A DNA stretch of 64,000 bases from an uncultured Pseudomonadota bacterium (GTDB lineage: Bacteria; Vulcanimicrobiota; Vulcanimicrobiia; Eremiobacterales; Eremiobacteraceae), in NCBI GenBank assembly GCA_963736005.1, contig CAVTNB010000003.1, positions 96,001 to 160,000 on the forward strand, given 5' to 3'. How positions within the stretch are numbered: the stretch's first letter is position 1; each line of letters opens with the position of its first letter. Below are positions 59,972-64,000 of this stretch, piece after piece. A model generated the notes under the pieces. That model was not told the origin of the DNA and made no database searches. It saw only the letters and a list, made by a program, of their open reading frames with translations. The position numbers and the translations under genes were made by a program.

Positions 59972-61786
59972 GTCCGCTTGAAAGCTCGGGCGAGCGCTTC
60001 CGCATTGAAGCGCAGCGTCGTCGGCCTCCCATGCGGGCAGGTCTGCGGATCACGGCAGACCCGCAAGCGTTCGTACAGCGTCAACTGCTCCGCAACGCTG
60101 AGCGGTTCGTGCGCTCTGACGACCGAGTGACAAGCAACCGTTGCAAGGAGCTTGTGTCGACGCCGGCTTGCAGCGCTGTTGCCGCCGGAGCGGACCTGAA
60201 GGTCCGCTGCTACATTGTCCGCTGCTACCATTTTCCGCTGCTGCATTTTCCGCTGCTACATTTTCCGCTGCTGCATTTTCCGCTGCTACATTATCTGCTC
60301 CATTTGCCAGATCGTCGAGCACGCCAGCGAGATCGAAGCGGCGTTCACCGTAACCCGATGGCAATGCGCTCAAGCGGTACGCATCATCGCCAAACGGCTC
60401 GACCACGACACCCATGGCGATGAGATCGTCTTGGGAAGTTTCAAGCGTTGCGATCTGATCCGGCGTGAGCGAAACGATGCGCGGCAGGAGCAACGGCGCG
60501 GATGCTTCCATCACGCCGGCCCGTGCTTCAAGCGCCTCGAAGGCGATGCGTTCGTGAGCAGCGTGCTGGTCGATGATGAGCAGCTCGTGCCGGTCGCTGA
60601 TCACGATAAAGGTTTGATCGATTTGCCCAAGAGCCCGAGGCCCTCCGTCGAGGTTTTTCGATGGGTCCTCAGCTGAGCCGTCGAGGAGGGAAATTGCAGC
60701 TGCCTCCCCTGCGCCAGCATTACCGGGCGAAAATGGACTCGACGCGGACAGCGGACCGGTGGGTGCGGGCGCTTGGGAAGCGGACCCCGCTCGCAGCGCC
60801 TCATCGACCGCGCTGCGCACGACGTCGAAAACCGCGGCCGCACTCACGAAGCGCACTTCGATTTTGGTCGGATGAACATTGACATCAACGTCGCCGGGCG
60901 CAAGCGAGAGCATAAGGACCCCGTAGGGATAGCGTCCAGTCATCAATTTGTTCGCATAGGCTGCCGACCACGCGGTGCTCAAGGCAGGACTGCGGACCAA
61001 TCGGCCGTTGACAAAAATAACTTGGCCGTGCCGATTCGGACGATCCACTCCGATGCGCGACGTGAAGCCACCAATACCTATCATCATGTTTGGGGATGTG
61101 CTGACGTTCGTGAGCGATCCGCGACTGCCGCGACCGAAGACCATCTCCAAGCGGTCAACAGGAGCGCCAACTGCGGGCAACGACCAGACGTCCCGCCCTT
61201 CATGCCGCAGAGAAAAAGCAACCTTGGGCCAGCCAAGCGCAATGCGCGAGAGAAAGGCGCTGATGCGGGCGAACTCGCCCTTGTCGCTTCCAAGAAAATC
61301 CCGGCGAACGGGTGTGGCCGCAAAGAGATCGCGCACGACAACTTTGGTGCCAGGCGAAGCCGCCACGGGCTGAATGCTGCCGGCAACGCCGTTGCGAACG
61401 GCGACCCGAGCGCCAAAATTCTGCCCCGAGGCCCGTGAGATGATTTCAAGGTTGCCAGCAGCTGCGGCAATGCTCGCGAGCCCCTCACCGCGAAACCCAA
61501 GGGTTCGAATCGAAAACAAATCTGTTGCGCTCGACAGCTTGCTCGTGCCATGCCGATGCAAGGCAAGCGGCAGGTCTTCGGAAATGATGCCCCGCCCGTC
61601 ATCTTGCACGATAATTTCCGTGCGACCACCACCGCGCAGCTCGACGGCGACCCAAGATGCGCCAGCGTCAAGGCTGTTCTCGATGAGTTCTTTGACCACC
61701 GACACGGGCCGCTCGATGACTTCTCCGGCGGCAATCTGGGAAATGGTGGCTTCGTCGAGTAAACGGATGCGCTCCAACGTTTGCAC
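59968..61786 (-). CDS. mutL: DNA mismatch repair protein MutL, REP-derived insert and apparent +1 frameshift near 60229
   Basis: IAAGEVIERP.SVVKELIENSLDAGA, GFRGEGL, DVNVHPTK.EVRF, DQHAAHER; ACH and CPHGRP motifs in the shifted frame. Confidence 0.92.
60189..60292 (-). repeat. Family A REP plus five 15-bp half-REP tandem repeats inside mutL
   Basis: (AATG[T/C]AGCAGCGGA[A/C]) repeats followed by GTAGCAGCGGACCTTCAGGTCCGCT. Confidence 0.9.
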
Positions 61787-61888
61787 GCGTGCAAATTCGT
61801 GGAACGTTAGGGTGTTCCCGCGAACAAGTTTGCAGAACCACAGGCGAGCCCGCGATCTCGCGCCTCGAGATTGTAATTCCAGCGGCTC

Positions 61889-62006
61889 ACATATTCAGCT
61901 GGGTTACATCGGCGCCACCGAGGAGGCCGCTGAGGCCGTCGCGCTGCTCGTGTCGGATCGCGGGAAGTTCATAGCCGGCGTGATTTACCGTGTCGAGGTG
62001 GAATGA
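61889..62006 (+). pseudogene. Fragment resembling the C-terminus of a short-chain dehydrogenase
   Basis: HIQLGYIGATEEAAEAVALLVSDRGKFIAGVIYRVEVE resembles the SDR tail IPLGR.G.PEEVA.AV.FL.SD.A.YITG. Confidence 0.45.
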
Positions 62007-62100
62007 CGGGCGCCTGACGAATGTGCAGAAAGCTCGCATCATCGAATTTGCCCGCCGCGCGTACAAGCCGCGACTTGATGCGTTACGAAGAGGTACGGAC

Positions 62101-62490
62101 GTGAAAGTACAACTTGGCGCGGTCTGGCATTTCAGCCTTGCCGTCAGAGACCCGGAGAAGAGCGCGCAGTTTTGGACCAAGAACTTCGATCTGCATGAAA
62201 TGTTCCGGTCCGATGAGGCCATCGCGCTGACGAACGACGCAATTATCATCGGGTTCTTCAAAGGCACACCACATCCGGACACGATTGACCACATGTCGTT
62301 TTACCTCGACAGCATGCGCGCGCTACACGAAGCGCTCGAGATGCTGAAGAAAAACGGCGTAGAACTGGAAGATCCCGGCAACGAGATCGGCCCCACAGGG
62401 CCGGGCTCGCCGCATATGGGCCTGTGGTTTCACGATCCGGACGGGTATCGCTGGGAGCTCTCGGTTCGGAACGGTGCCCGCGAGCGCTAA
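62101..62490 (+). CDS. VOC/glyoxalase family protein
   Basis: HFSLAVRD.EKS..FW, IDHMSF, WFHDPDG.RWEL; GAGG RBS before GTG. Confidence 0.85.
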   Translation: MKVQLGAVWHFSLAVRDPEKSAQFWTKNFDLHEMFRSDEAIALTNDAIIIGFFKGTPHPDTIDHMSFYLDSMRALHEALEMLKKNGVELEDPGNEIGPTGPGSPHMGLWFHDPDGYRWELSVRNGARER

Positions 62491-62597
62491 CCGCGCAGCG
62501 CTAACGAGGCGATATGTCACTAAAATGATACCTGCTCACAATTCCTCCTTATGCTAAACGCCACCTCGGGTCAGGGAGGCCGCAGAGTAGGTCGCCG

Positions 62598-62825
62598 TTG
62601 CCGCGTACTCCAATACAACGTATCAGCAAAGACGTATACACCTTTAGTTTAAGCGGGGCGAAGCCGAGCGAAGAGTTTCCAGAAAACTTACGTGAGGCGT
62701 TTGTGATCATCGTTCAAATGTTAAGAACGCTGACTGACGAAACAAACGAGCCCGCAGCCGCATTGACGCCAAAGCTTGTCGTGTCGCTTGGAGATTGTGC
62801 CTATTGTGATGTCTGCGGATTGTAA
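62598..62825 (+). CDS. Small hypothetical protein with C-terminal CxxCxxC
   Basis: 75-aa ORF ending CAYCDVCGL; no family recognised. Confidence 0.35.
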   Translation: MPRTPIQRISKDVYTFSLSGAKPSEEFPENLREAFVIIVQMLRTLTDETNEPAAALTPKLVVSLGDCAYCDVCGL

Positions 62826-62868
62826 TCGCTTGTCGCGGTAAAGCGCTGGTTGAGTTAAATTCGCGGGA

Positions 62869-64000
62869 CTAGATTGGCGGGGTGAACACGCGCATCGAGT
62901 TGCGCCCGTTTTGCTTCGCTTGGTAGAGCGCAACGTCTGCGGCTTTGATGAGGGCCTGCTTCGTCGTCACATCCTGTGGATAACTGGCCACGCCAATGGA
63001 AACGGTCGTGTTGACCGTAACTTTGTCAAAAACGAAATCCATTTCCTCGATGGTCTTGCGGATACGCCCAGCAACGACCGCCGCCTCAGACTTGATCGTG
63101 CCAGGCATCACCACGACAAGCTCGTCACCGCCATACCGGCAGCAAACATCGTCACGGCGAGCTTGCTCCCGCAGCAGCGCGCCGAATCGCCGCAGCACTT
63201 CATCCCCCGCCGGATGGCCGTACGTGTCGTTGATGCCCTTGAAATTATCCAGATCGATAATGAGCAGGGAAAGGGAGTTGCGGCCGGCCTGAGCTTTGCG
63301 GAACTCGACTTCCAGGCGCTCGTGATAGGCTCGACTGGTAAGGAGTCCGGTGAGCAAATCGGTATCGGCCATGGCTCTGGTGCGGCTGTGCAACAAGGCG
63401 TTGCGCACGCCGACTGAGGCCAGCGAAATGAGACGGCTAACGAGACCCAATTGCTCCGCGGTGTATGCATTAGGATACGTGGCGATGAGCTGAACGCACC
63501 CAACGGTTTGACCGTCCCCGATGATTGGCACGACCAGACTGCCTCGCGAGCCCTTGTGCAGATCGCCATCGGGTTGCCGCGCGTCTTTGTGGAGGTCGGC
63601 GACAAGCGCCGCTCGCTGCTTAGCAGCCGCGTACCCGACCACGCCCGTGCCAAACGCAAGCTTCATGCCGCGATACGCCGCGGCATCGCTACCCGCGATT
63701 TCCGCCGCAACCAGCATCTCTTCTTCCGCCATCTCATCGTATTGCACGACATAGATGACGCACGTATCCCAAGGAACGACGCGGCGGAACTGACCGAGCA
63801 GGTTGAGCAGCTGCACGAGCACGTCCGAGAGTGAAAGTTGGGCGCCTAATTCCGATCCGGCATTGAGGACTTGATCGATGGCGCGCACCTGGCGTTCTGC
63901 GCGCCGCCGCCCGTACAAAGCGTAGAGGATGGTTAGGTAGGGCGCGAAGGTGAGCGTGACGATCTCAAGCGCAGCGGGCTGCGCGGCACTCGGCGCAAAA
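62869..64000 (-). CDS. GAF-GGDEF diguanylate cyclase (5' end outside window)
   Basis: GAF domain; TD.LTGL, DLDNFK.IND.YGH..GD, RYGGDEL, TVSIGVA, AD.ALY.AK..GRN. Confidence 0.92.
   Translation of the reverse strand, partial: FAPSAAQPAALEIVTLTFAPYLTILYALYGRRRAERQVRAIDQVLNAGSELGAQLSLSDVLVQLLNLLGQFRRVVPWDTCVIYVVQYDEMAEEEMLVAAEIAGSDAAAYRGMKLAFGTGVVGYAAAKQRAALVADLHKDARQPDGDLHKGSRGSLVVPIIGDGQTVGCVQLIATYPNAYTAEQLGLVSRLISLASVGVRNALLHSRTRAMADTDLLTGLLTSRAYHERLEVEFRKAQAGRNSLSLLIIDLDNFKGINDTYGHPAGDEVLRRFGALLREQARRDDVCCRYGGDELVVVMPGTIKSEAAVVAGRIRKTIEEMDFVFDKVTVNTTVSIGVASYPQDVTTKQALIKAADVALYQAKQNGRNSMRVFTPPI

Overview
A GC-rich bacterial chromosome segment of mostly housekeeping genes: asd, dapB, dapD, dapF, pcrA, def-fmt-rsmB, hslU and hslV, pntAB, topA-trmFO, secG, murI, uvrC, mutL-miaA-hfq, tmRNA and three tRNAs. 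A secretin and a TonB-dependent-receptor (TBDR)-like barrel occur alongside Firmicute/Actinobacteria-like gene orders. This suggests a diderm Terrabacteria lineage, possibly Ca. Eremiobacterota (inference). The main signal is a REP/RAYT system. An HUH/Y1 tyrosine transposase gene (41813-42274) is flanked by inward-facing GTAG-hairpin REPs, including a polarised 41-bp tandem array. About 35-40 REP copies (counted by eye) from three sequence-unrelated families share one geometry: GTAG-N-8 bp stem-4 nt loop ending in A. Several copies sit in frame inside conserved enzymes (RsmB, TrmFO twice, DapF, MutL) or supply stop codons. Other notable items are a ~210-bp collapsed mosaic of four collinear fragments of a TBDR paralog with its RBS and terminator, an HNH nuclease ORF running through tRNA-Gln into tRNA-Glu, and an 11-kb block separating hslV from hslU. 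Several +1 frameshifts (topA, mutL and others) are most likely sequencing errors.
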